Part shown: in pieces, positions 38,919 to 49,403 of the stretch
Layout of the letters: each line of letters begins with the position of its first letter
Position numbering within the stretch: the stretch's first letter is position 1
Origin: Trichosphaerium sp. ATCC 40318
Lineage: Eukaryota > Protista > Tubulinea
Reading direction: 5' to 3'
Length of the DNA: 64,000 nt
NCBI GenBank assembly: GCA_038496445.1
Contig: JALMLS010000322.1
Location: 62,001 to 126,000, forward strand
Notes under the pieces: model-generated
Told to the model about the DNA's origin: nothing
Databases searched by the model: none
What the model saw: the letters and a program-made list of their open reading frames with translations, nothing else
Position numbers and translations under genes: made by a program

Positions 38919-40060
38919 TCACAAACAAGCGCTTCCACCACTGACAGGAATATTTGCGCCTGTAGTAAACGAAGACGCCTTGCTTAACAAGAACAAAGCA
39001 ACTCTGGCAACTTCTTCTGGTTTTCCCAAACGGTTCATTGGAATACGCCTTTTGAGTTGATTCTCCTAGATGAGAGTAAACAACATGTCACCTGTCTTTT
39101 GTAGATACACTAGCTACACGTACATACTGGGCTTGAGGCATCCTTTTTGCTGTTATTTTCAAAATTGGTGTTTTTGTGAATCCTGGACATAAACTGTTGA
39201 TTCTGAACAAAAAAAACAAAGTCAGTAACTTTGTGCCACATGTAAGTCGCTCAAAGGGTACTTTCTCGCTACCTACCTAATTCCAGAACGAGCATATTCT
39301 ATAGCTGCTCCTTTTGTCATACCTATAACTGCGTGCTTAGAAGCACCATACGCGGCGTTGAACCTGTACAAGATGATACATTAGTACATGTCATTCAGTG
39401 TCAGATTGTGTACACAATGAGAAATTGGATAGTAAAATTCTGAGCGGTTTACCTAAATCCGACTAGACCAGCTACTGAGGCTGTGTTTACTATTGAGTAT
39501 CCATCACCACCTTGTTCTAACATTCTCTCTAGTTCATATTTCATGCACAAAAAAATACTCCGCGTGTTTATGTCCATCTACGATGTTTTAGAGTAGCTAC
39601 ATGCGTCAAGTACGGTTTTTAAACTAAATGATGTGCCAAAAGTGGTATTCACTGTAATATAGCGTGAATGTTCGTTATTTACGCGTACCACTTTGTCGTA
39701 CATCCCTGTTGGGTATTTGTGTGATAACGCCATAGTGCCGCCAATACCAGCGTTATTAAACGCAAGATCTATGCGCCCGTAGAGCGCTATAGCAGTTTCT
39801 ATCATTGTTTTCACCTCTTCTTCATTTCCAACATTAACTTCGTGAGCACACGCCTCACCGCCTAATAATGTTGGATGGAGCGTTTATACATACTAACCTT
39901 GCTCTAGAATAGTATCAACTGTCTCTTGCGCGCCGTCATAGTTTAAATCGCACACAAACACTTTGGCGCCTTCTGAAGCGCATAGCAAAGCTGTAGCACG
40001 GCCAATACCTGAAGCACCACCTGTACAGATAAGAACCTTCTCTTTCAAGCGCTGTGTCAT
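38919..40060 (-). CDS. Short-chain dehydrogenase/reductase (multi-exon)
   Basis: [50 protein letters not shown] motifs. Confidence 0.95.
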
Positions 40061-40295
40061 TCTAACACTTCAATGAAGCAGTCTGTATTTTGTCAAAACC
40101 AGTCCGTTCTGAGTTTGGGTTCGTTGTCAAACAAAATTAACTTGTCACGTGATTAGTGAAAAAGCAAGCGACCATTCGTTATTGCAACAAAGTGGTTACC
40201 AATTAACGATTACAATTTATTTTCAGCGATTGTTTGGCTTTTTTTTGTAGCAAAGAAAACATGCATTGTGACGTTTGGGCTTTCCGAAAATGTTG

Positions 40296-40371
40296 TGACC
40301 ATACAAAGGAATGATGGAACCAGTGTACCATGTTGTTAGCATGGCACTCTAACCAGCTGAGCGATACGACC
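40296..40371 (-). pseudogene. tRNA-Ile-derived element A (anticodon loop CTAACAA, remodelled T-arm)
   Basis: GGTCGTATCGCTCAGCTGGTTAGAGTG CCATG CTAACAA CATGG TACACTGGTTCCATCATTCCTTTG TATGGTCA vs intact tRNA at 58519. Confidence 0.8.
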
Positions 40372-40488
40372 TTTCAGTATTGCACATACACTATTTTGTG
40401 TGTTATTGTAACCAAAGCTACCCATGTATTAGGGCTAGTAAATAAACGAATAATTTACCTAATCATAAGTCTTGTTGCTTTGCTGGTG

Positions 40489-40621
40489 TGAGCCATAAGA
40501 CCGCGTTGAGCCATTAATTCACATAGTTCTGAGTAGCGCAGGGCTCAACGCGGTCTTTTGGCTCAGCTGCTCTTTGTGCTCATACGGTGAGCCAATGGTA
40601 AGGTTGAGCCCAGCGCTACTT
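40489..40621. repeat. Nested inverted repeats / hairpin element rich in TGAGCC motifs
   Basis: 40489..40512 pairs with 40542..40565 (23/24); 40532..40549 pairs with 40603..40620 (17/18). Confidence 0.85.
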
Positions 40622-40642
40622 TGGTTCGCCTAGATCCATTAA

Positions 40643-40701
40643 TATGGGACCAGTGTACCGTGTTGTTAGCACAGCACTCTAACCAGCTGAGCAACACGAC
40701 C
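40643..40701 (-). pseudogene. tRNA-Ile-derived element B (3'-truncated)
   Basis: GGTCGTGTTGCTCAGCTGGTTAGAGTG CTGTG CTAACAA CACGG TACACTGGTCCCAT. Confidence 0.8.
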
Positions 40702-40791
40702 TTTCAGTATTCTACATACTATTTTTTTTTGAAGGCCAACATCGTGATAGTATTGCAGCATACCTCGTTTAGGCTTTTTTTTAAAAGTGTT

Positions 40792-40868
40792 ATGTCATAA
40801 GAAAGGAGAATGGTACACATATTCCCTGTTTATTAGCACGGCGCTCTAACCAGCTGAGCAATACGACC
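40792..40868 (-). pseudogene. tRNA-Ile-derived element C
   Basis: GGTCGTATTGCTCAGCTGGTTAGAGCG CCGTG CTAATAA ACAGG..TGTACCATTCTCCTTTCT TATGACA. Confidence 0.8.
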
Positions 40869-40903
40869 TTCATTTCACATACAATTTTTGTTGAAACCTT
40901 TTT

Positions 40904-40974
40904 TAGTCACAAAAAGGGAGGATGGTACCCGTGTGCCCGTAGCACGGCGCTCTAACCAGTTGAGCAATAAGACC
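40904..40974 (-). pseudogene. tRNA-Ile-derived element D (anticodon loop deleted)
   Basis: GGTCTTATTGCTCAACTGGTTAGAGCG CCGTGCTACGG GCACACGGGTACCATCCTCCCTTTT TGTGACT. Confidence 0.75.
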
Positions 40975-41228
40975 TTTAGTTTTTGTACACAAAAAAAATC
41001 TTGTATCCATAATGAATGAGTCCGATGCCTGTAAGGCTTGTGCATGCGTGTTGTACCTGTAAACAAAAATATAATAAAGACAACAACTTTTTACCATGTG
41101 CAACTTGACTTCGTCTTTTTTCCTTTTACCCTTTATTCCATTAACACTTATTCTATCTTTCTCTACAAAGTTTGTTTGTTTTATTGGTTCGGCATGTCTT
41201 AAACGTTACAAACGCATGTCAAAGACCG

Positions 41229-41552
41229 TCAAAAGGAAAACAGAGCAGTTGATGAATGTATGTTTGTCGTGACACTTCCTGTGGCATACAGTTTGTTGTT
41301 ATGATAGATATGGTATATTTCCTGTACGTTTTGAGATACCTCTTGTGTTACATCTACTCTCCAACCCTTTGGAACAACGTATTCGGAGTTTGGTTTACGC
41401 GTAAAACCTTTTTGTTTCAGTTTCTTTTGCTGTTGTTTCGTTAAACCACGTATTCTCACAATACTTGGTGGTTCTGACGTTTTGACGTCCCCAACGAATC
41501 CTTTATGCGCCAACTTATTTTTGTGTTTTGTTGGTATTCGTTTCTTCTCCAT
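41229..41552 (-). CDS. Orphan intronless basic protein (107 aa)
   Basis: Intact ATG-to-stop ORF; its core is duplicated at 34795..35056. Confidence 0.6.
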   Translation of the reverse strand: MEKKRIPTKHKNKLAHKGFVGDVKTSEPPSIVRIRGLTKQQQKKLKQKGFTRKPNSEYVVPKGWRVDVTQEVSQNVQEIYHIYHNNKLYATGSVTTNIHSSTALFSF

Positions 41553-42168
41553 TCTACGTTACCGTGATAGATATTATGGCGTTTTATAAAAAGTAACTGT
41601 TTTAATTGTGTATTTCTCGATTCTCGTTTTGAAACATGCACAGACGCTGTTTTGCTTCTTAACGCACAAAATACTGGAGTAGAAAGGCATTACAACTTAA
41701 ACTATTAAGTAACAGTCAAAAAATCGACAATACTCTCAAGCGATCTTCTTGTAATTCGTGACGGAGTAGTACGAGAACCCGCAAGTGCTATGGAAAGCGC
41801 GTTCTGGAAGTTGTCATAGCATATTCAAGTCACGTGTCTAAAAAAACGATTGTGCAACTTGAAATTCAGTACGAGTTTTCCTGTGTTGTGCACTCAAGCT
41901 AGTCTATAATAATTACTCGCAGCTATTCAAGAAGTTTGTCAGTGAGTGCTTCGCATTACCTAGAATAGTACACTTTTTGAACATAGTTATGTTCTATGTT
42001 TTTACAACAAAAGGAGGAAAGGTCTTCTTTATTACACTATAATATAACAATGAAATGATTATTTTCACGCATCCACAGGATTTTTATTGACACCATAGAA
42101 CTAATAAAGTACAACAGATTTGTTGAAAGGAGAAAAACTCGATTACAAGCTTGGGGAAATTCTTGAGC

Positions 42169-44099
42169 TATCGTTTGCTTTTCTCATTTATTTGATCTTG
42201 TCGCCTGTAAGGCAATACCTATTTCTGAGAGTCAGTGCATGGTACTAGAGCAACCTACATTGCTACAAATATCTTACCTTTTTCCTCAGGAAGTACACGT
42301 TAAATATAACAAAGGCAATAATCACGGCTAGAATAACAACGCCTGCTGTGATGTAGATATATAGCAGAAAATCCACTTTATCTTCAGTAGATTCGTTTTG
42401 ACCCTCGGTTGTCTGTGGCCTACTCAATATCATCGATATTTCAGGATCATACGCTAGCCTATAGTTTGTGTTGTGAGAATCGAAAAAATCAAAAACCATG
42501 CGTGTAGTGGCTATTACGTGTATATCTTAAATAATTCGTACTTTTTTTTGAATTGGGCTTTAAATTGAAAGGTTAATCGAGCACCCAGGCACGTGAAATT
42601 GGCGGTATCGTGATATCCATAGCAATTCTTTACTTCAGGAGGTTGATTTAAGAAATTATTTAAGCTGATTGTACTACATACACGTGATTAATTATTGCTT
42701 GAGTAAGCAAAATAGTGAATAGCGGTTTTTCCCTTTTGGTGTCTTTCACCAATACACTCGTTTCCGTACGTCTGTTCAGTGACTTCTACAAAGTCAGTGT
42801 CATCCGCTATTGCGAAATTTTGATAGCTGAAAATCAAGGCTGTTCCATTTAATGTACCAATGAGGAACTATAAAATGCTCAATGGAAAGTTCATTTCAAA
42901 ACCAATTTCTTTGACGTACATTAATAGTGATGTTGTTAGTAAGCTACAGAATAATGTTAATAAAAACCATTAAAAAAACAATCCATCTTTAATACATACA
43001 CCGTTTGTGGCAGAATATTGTACGTCAACGGGCGATCTGTTTGTTGTTAGAAGATCTTCCACAAACTCGTCAAAAATTTCGTTTTGAAATACAAGTAATA
43101 TTGTATAATCAAACGCTATGACTGTATTGGGTGAAGAAAATACCCAATCGGTAACTTCAAAACCCATCTTGATGCTAGAAGGGCTAGAAAGTTTAGAAGT
43201 AAGCAATACAAATCGCAATGTGGCTCAATTTTGAGGCTTTTCTTAATCCGTACCGAACTTCGTTTGTGTATATTTGGCTAACATTTTTCCTCACAAACCC
43301 AATGTTTACATCAGCGGGTCTATAAATACATTAACTAAAAACATATCTAATATTGCTGAATTCGTGGTTTGGTTGGGTAGTACGTACTCGTCAACTAGTA
43401 CTAGATACATCGTCCCTGTACTACCATTATCGAGGTCATCAGACAACGTCAGGGCTTTGCCCGTAGCTTCTGGGATCCAATGTGACGCTGGTCCTTCAAA
43501 GACATCTGCTCGAGCTGCAAGTGGAAAGCGCAGAGGCTCTACTTCACCTGTTGTATTAAGCTGTTGTAGTGTCAGTAAAAAAAGGTAAAGATTCACAGAG
43601 AACACGCCTTCGAAAATATTTCACGTGTTTTCAACTATTGGGTTTTCAACCAAAAGCCCAAGTGTCAACTGCAACAATAGTGTACGTACCACCTCTTCCC
43701 GCAAGTTTGATGTCAAGAGACCAACTTGAAGCCCATATTGCTAGAAGTATTTAATTGCGCTAGTTGTTTTTATTTGATTGGGTTGCCACGTGAGACGTAC
43801 ATCTAAGCCTGTAGCTGCTTTTGGTACGATATTTGTGTACCATTGCTCTTGTTCGGGTGCAGCAACGGCCTATAATTGTTTAGAGTACTGGTACATGTAA
43901 GGATTTTTAGGTAGACTTGTGTTAATGTTAATGGACTTGAAAATAAAAACTCGTACAGATACAGCATAAAATAGATTTTCCATACTAGCACTTGATCCAC
44001 ATGATATACTGTAAAAGAAACCTAGTAGCGAGAATAAATCGTTATTGGCAATCCAAATAGGTAAATCGTACATAAAAGAAGGAGTAACAAGCGCGGCAT
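42169..44099 (-). CDS. Type I membrane protein with ComC-supersandwich-like ectodomain (multi-exon; 3' end approximate)
   Basis: Signal MPRLLLLLL|CFFYSISC; SIKMGFEVTDWVFSSPNT and LAYDPEISMILS just before TM YIYITAGVVILAVIIAFVIF resemble dictyostelid ComC-type domains. Confidence 0.55.
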
Positions 44100-44696
44100 G
44101 CTACGAAGACTGGTAACGTAAAACAAACTAAGTAGTAGAATACAGAATTTGAATGACTATTGTCCGTTTTCAGTCAAGTTAGTCAAAACCTGGAATTCGC
44201 TAGTTTTTTTCGTTAAAAGTAATGATTCCAAATAATACTAAAACACACTATTGGAAAAGAAACATTGTTAGTATTGTAGTCGACTTCTTAGTAACAAGTC
44301 TTGCTGCACGTGATTACCACTTAGAAGATTTAACCTTCCACGTGATGCGAACAGAACGATGCACCATCCTACAATTTACTGTCCAACTTGTCAGTTGTCG
44401 TCACACGTAAGAATATAATCTCAGTCGTATCTCAGTTAGGTACAAACCCCATGAGAAGAACTATTTCTTAAACCTTGGGTGATCGATGAACAAGTTTCCA
44501 TTCTACTAAAAAGAAACATCTTCACCACTTGTCAGTAGGATGTCATGCTCTTTTTTTATAACTAAGCAAAAATATTCTCCGCCACATCTTCTCACTTTGA
44601 CACCTTGCTAGTAGCCTAATAATCTATACCACTTTGTTTTAGTGGCAGCAGCAATCATCAGAAGAATTTTAATAGTAGGTTTATTGTACAGGCATA

Positions 44697-46274
44697 TTAC
44701 TTTGGCACAGCTATTGCGATGATGACACCAATAATTACAAGGATAATTACAACAATAATAACCACAATGATGAGTTTCTAAAGGGGAAGATAAATTAGAA
44801 AAATTACCTTTAAAATAATAACACATTGCAAAGCCACCACGTACTTTTCTATAACCCGCTTGGTATTTATTAGCTTGTTTCAGCTCTTTGACTACTTGCT
44901 CTACAAAAACCGTTTAACAACCGAGACTGCAAGTTCAAGGGAAAAAAAAAGAAAAAAGAAAAATCATAAGCCACCAGTCTCTACTATTAATTCCCTAATT
45001 ATTTCAACTACGTACGAGTATGATCCTTTGTGCTTGCTACATTATGCTCAATATTTCCAAGTAGCTCTGATTGCTCTTCAACGAGTGTAGACATGTCTAT
45101 AAATAATTGATATAACTCAAGTAACGCTTTTTCGATTTTTTCAATCTCTTGGTGGCGACTCTACAAAAAACAACGCGTAAACAAAGGAAATGTAAACATC
45201 AAAAAAAATAAAAGGATTGTTTACCTGAACGTAACTAAGTGCTTGCTTCGCATTTGTTTTACGATCTTGAAGAGCGGCATTAGCGAATACTTGATCTGCG
45301 TCACCATTTTGTATAATATCTTCGAGTTCGTCTTCAGTAGCCTCAGGTTTAACTACAAAAACATTAAGATTTATTTCACCCTTTTTTTTGTGCCACAGGT
45401 ACAACACCACGCGTAAGTGATAATTGTTGATTTACTGTACCTGCAAGGATTTTGTCTTTTGCTGCTTTTTTGTACTTGTCTCGGTTTTGTTGTTGGATTT
45501 GTTGATACTCTTGCATAATATCCATGTACTGCTGCAACATTGCCCTGTGTATGTTCTCTTGGATGCGCGATTCAGCTTGATCATCAATGTTATCCGTTAT
45601 TTCAACAATAGTTTTAATTGATTGCTACAATTTAGTTGGTACCAATGAACAATAAACACCGGAGAGGTTTATCCGCGTTGAACGCTGAAATGGTCTTTTT
45701 TGAAAATAAAACACCATTAGTGCCCAAGACAATTTAACGAACCTGTATAGTACGCGCAGTGGCATTGGTTTCGAAAACAAGCTCGTCGAGCTGATCTTGC
45801 AGTTCTTGAGGGTAGTGTTAATTTTCAAGTAAGGAATTTGGGCACTGTAACTCTTCTTCGCGTGACGTAGTCACAGAAGGAACATTGGTAGTAGATAAAC
45901 AAAATTGCTACAAAATCGACGCTACAACAGCAGAGTACTTACGTTTGCGTTTTTTCGAATCAGACTCGTCAAATAACTTGGTATATTTGCTTTTAACCAT
46001 CTTCACGTTTTCGCGAAGCTTTTTTATCTGGGATCTACCGTCCTTCACATGTTCAAAAAATGTGCCTAGAAGTCTGTTTGCAAACTAGCGACAAAAAAAA
46101 CAAAACAACTTGCCCATGAACTGTTCCCCACTGTCGTCGCCCATCCCATCGCCTATACCAGTCTCCACATCAACTTGCTCGAGAGCAGGGTTCCCCTATT
46201 TCAATTAGGCTCGTACGCATCTTATTTAGTCGTACGGCTGCCCGTCCTCTCAACTCCGCCAGTCTATCTTGCAT
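44697..46274 (-). CDS. Plasma-membrane syntaxin (Qa-SNARE, STX1-like; multi-exon)
   Basis: MQDRLAELRG start; KPEATEDELEDII; RHQEIEKIEKALLELYQLFIDMSTLVEEQSELLGNIEHNV; C-terminal TM. Confidence 0.9.
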
Positions 46275-46359
46275 TTTAACGCCTGCGGAAGTTGGTAGAT
46301 TTGAAAAAATTAGTGGTACAACAAAGTCAAACAATACAGTTCAGAATTTTTTTGGCACA

Positions 46360-47460
46360 ATGCGTACGTCTTGTATTATTTGACATGCATAAATACCTAG
46401 TGTTTTACGCTCAGTGGAACAATCTAATACAATTTCTTGTCCAGAAACACCACAATACTAACCAAAGTATGTAGGTTTTAAATGCTTTGGTGGATTAGAT
46501 GCGCCTGATTGGATATTGAAGGAAATTAGCATCATCGCAAAAATTGTACGTCTTTGTGTCCACCAACGTCAAGCAATCGACTTACAACCTCAACGTCACT
46601 TATTTTGAAGTAATAGTCAGCGGTTAAAGTGCGATTACTTTGTGGCCAAATTTCAAAGCATTTGGGCGGACAAGGCATTGATGTACGACCATTTTGGTAA
46701 TGACAGGTCACTAAAATTGCTTATAGTACGCTAAAGTTGTCGCTTATTTCAGAGGTAAAGACAACTCTGTATCTGGTACACGCACCGATCATTTCGCTTA
46801 TTATTAACGCTTTTACATAGTCGATGTGTCGGACATCAAAGCTGCAGTAGCTGCGCTTAGCTACTTGATTACAAGCGCTGCTAAATACAACTGTACAACA
46901 GGTAAAGTTGGAATGTTACACTTTTTTTAACATAACATTACAGATACATTAACACACGAGCTTCAACAACTTGGATTGCCTAAAGGTACCTCACCAGCTC
47001 TTCGCCTAGCTCATGTTTTGTAGAACACTGTGACGGCTTATCACGTGTTTATGGAAAGAGCAAGCAAGACTTACAAGGTCGCTTCCACAAGGACTCTCTG
47101 CGCTGTATGTACTCTTACCAAGTACTCAATTAACAACATCTTAGTACCCAAGTTGTCAAGTGTGGAGTACAGGCTCGATTTTATACTGAGCGCAAGTGGT
47201 CTAAAGGTACTGAAAATGACATTTTCTCTTCGACTATTAATACAACATTTCAGGAAGTTAACGTTCCAAATGTACAACTCAATTTAGGTGTCAGTGAGAC
47301 AGGTAGTGATGTAAAACATCACGCGTTTGAAGTTAGTTACACCAAATTCAAAGCGCTTCACGGCGGTACGCGCAACGGTTTGTGATTTGACACTTACGAA
47401 TACTACGTAGAATTAAAGGCGGCGCAGACGCTAATGCACAATTTGGCAGAAGACGAGTAA
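46360..47460 (+). CDS. COMMD4: COMM domain-containing protein 4 (multi-exon)
   Basis: MRFKCFGGLDAPDWILKEIS; ELQQLGLPKEHC; VEYRLDFILS; KFKALHGELKAA. Confidence 0.9.
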
Positions 47461-47661
47461 ACGGTTCCCCAAAAATTGCTCCGTAGTGTAAAGTTATAAA
47501 CCCTCCCATATTTTGTATCGTGATTATTTGTTTGTTGTAGTCTTGTGTGTAAAATTATTAATGCGCTTTTATTGTGGCACTCACAAACACTAGAGCTTTG
47601 TTTTTTCTTGTTTACAGCGCGCCAAGTGGTGTGTTTTTTTAATTTTTTCTTGGTTACGTAA

Positions 47662-47927
47662 TTAATCAAGCTACAGTAATGTTAGAGATGCGTAGAGGCA
47701 AAAAAGAGCCGTCATACCTTCCAAAAGCCGATATCGTTAGCGTATTCTCTAAAGCAACGTCTGCAGATCATCATGTTGTACTTTCTGATGACAGCTCTGT
47801 GTGTACCGCATACGCGACTGTAAAGAGAAATTAGCGAAAAAACGAGCAATATTGTTAATTACCATTGTCTTGCTCCTCTACCGTGCTTACGTGGGTGAGA
47901 CCACCATAATTTACCTCCTTCTGGCAT
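47662..47927 (-). CDS. RPS29: 40S ribosomal protein S29 (uS14)
   Basis: [16 protein letters not shown]|[33 protein letters not shown]|LD*. Confidence 0.95.
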
Positions 47928-48288
47928 GTTGATTGTGAGTTAGTCTGATCTCTTTGGTTAGCGTTTTATCAACTAAACAAGCACAAAAAACGCGTACATA
48001 ACAAAGAATTAAAACGTGTCTTGCACTGATGACGATGTCAGGGAAATACAGTAGAACTAACTTAATACAAAGTGTTAAGTCATATCAAATTCTGCCAGGT
48101 CTCCAGGGCAAAAAGTACTTTGACGTGCTGTTAGATCTCCTGGTCACGTGCTGTGAAGTCCTTCGCCGATCGCCGCTTAGAAGGCTATGAATAGCTTAGT
48201 GCTACCTCTTTCAGCGCCACATTCGCGAAGCAATCGGTTTACAAATAAAAATTACAGTGACATTGATTTATTGGACATAGTATTTACA

Positions 48289-49289
48289 TTATTGTTGTGC
48301 TTGTGGTTGAGGTTGCGGCTGTTGTTGTTGCGCAGTGTCATCCACTGGTGCGTCAGCATCCCTATCAAGCATTGCTTTGAGAAAGCCTGGCGTTTTGAGA
48401 AGGCGACGTCCAGTGGTTTGAGGGTAAACGTCTTCCAGAAAATAATACAAATGACCAACAGCAATACCCATTACATCGAAGATTGAACCGCCCTGCAACA
48501 TATTAGCAACAAATTAACTTCAATAGCCGTACTTGATCAACAAGCAGTTCAATGCCTAGAATGACCCAAGGAAGGTATGGAGCATTGAACGTGAATAATC
48601 CCAAGAAACTCATGCGCACGTGAGGGTTCCTTCTTGACCAAACGTAAACAACCATCATGGATAGAGAAGGGCCCAGGAATAGCGGATTTGGTGCGATTTT
48701 AGTGTACCAAAATAGAAAATCTATCGACTACAGTGTGGTTACTTGGGAGATTAAGTGTGGACTCTCTAACTTACCAACAACAAAAACCCTCCAAAGAGCC
48801 ACATGTAAAGATAATCGGCTGTTCTTCCACGGAAACTGCCTTCCTCTGAGAGTCTACTATGACGTACACTGGCAGTTAAAGAAAAAAAATCGCGGACGTG
48901 TCACAGCATAACAAATTCATGAAATTTAGGTGGATACAGAAATACCATATGAAAAATGAAACCGAGGCCTGGGTTGCCAAAGAACAGGAAATTCGTCCCC
49001 AATCGCCAAACCTAATTTGAGTGAATAAGAATTGCAATAATAGCGAGTAATTTAAACGTTTGAGGATCACACACGCCCACAAGGGTTCGTGACCGTTAAC
49101 AATCATAATTACACAAAAATGATCGATAAAACGCACCTGGCCTTCCCAAATAAGTCTAAAGTTCAAGTATATGTCAATCCATTGTATTAAATCGAGATAC
49201 ACGGCAAGTGTTGTTAGTAAACAAGCAGTCATGTACGCCTTCGTAATGATAGGCAAGTTTCTATACCAATCTTCAACGGGAGAGGGCAT
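48289..49289 (-). CDS. DERL2: Derlin-2-like ERAD membrane protein (multi-exon)
   Basis: [14 protein letters not shown]|[49 protein letters not shown]. Confidence 0.92.
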
Positions 49290-49403
49290 ATTGGCGTCTT
49301 AGTGGTGTTTGTGGCTCGTTGTTGGAAGAAATTATTTTGACTGAGTCAAAAAGTGACGTGGAAGCGAAAAAAACGTCGAAAAATTGTTTTATCCTTGGCA
49401 AAC
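49290..49403. promoter_or_regulatory. Bidirectional Derlin/STT3 promoter with a UPRE-like motif and a palindrome
   Basis: 114-bp head-to-head spacer; TTTTGACT-G-AGTCAAAA at 49335..49351; TGACGTGG at 49354..49361. Confidence 0.45.

Noticed and set aside
40296-40974. CRISPR-like repeat-spacer array
   Set aside because: Repeats are degenerate tRNA-derived units with irregular 35-270-bp gaps; eukaryotic context, no cas genes
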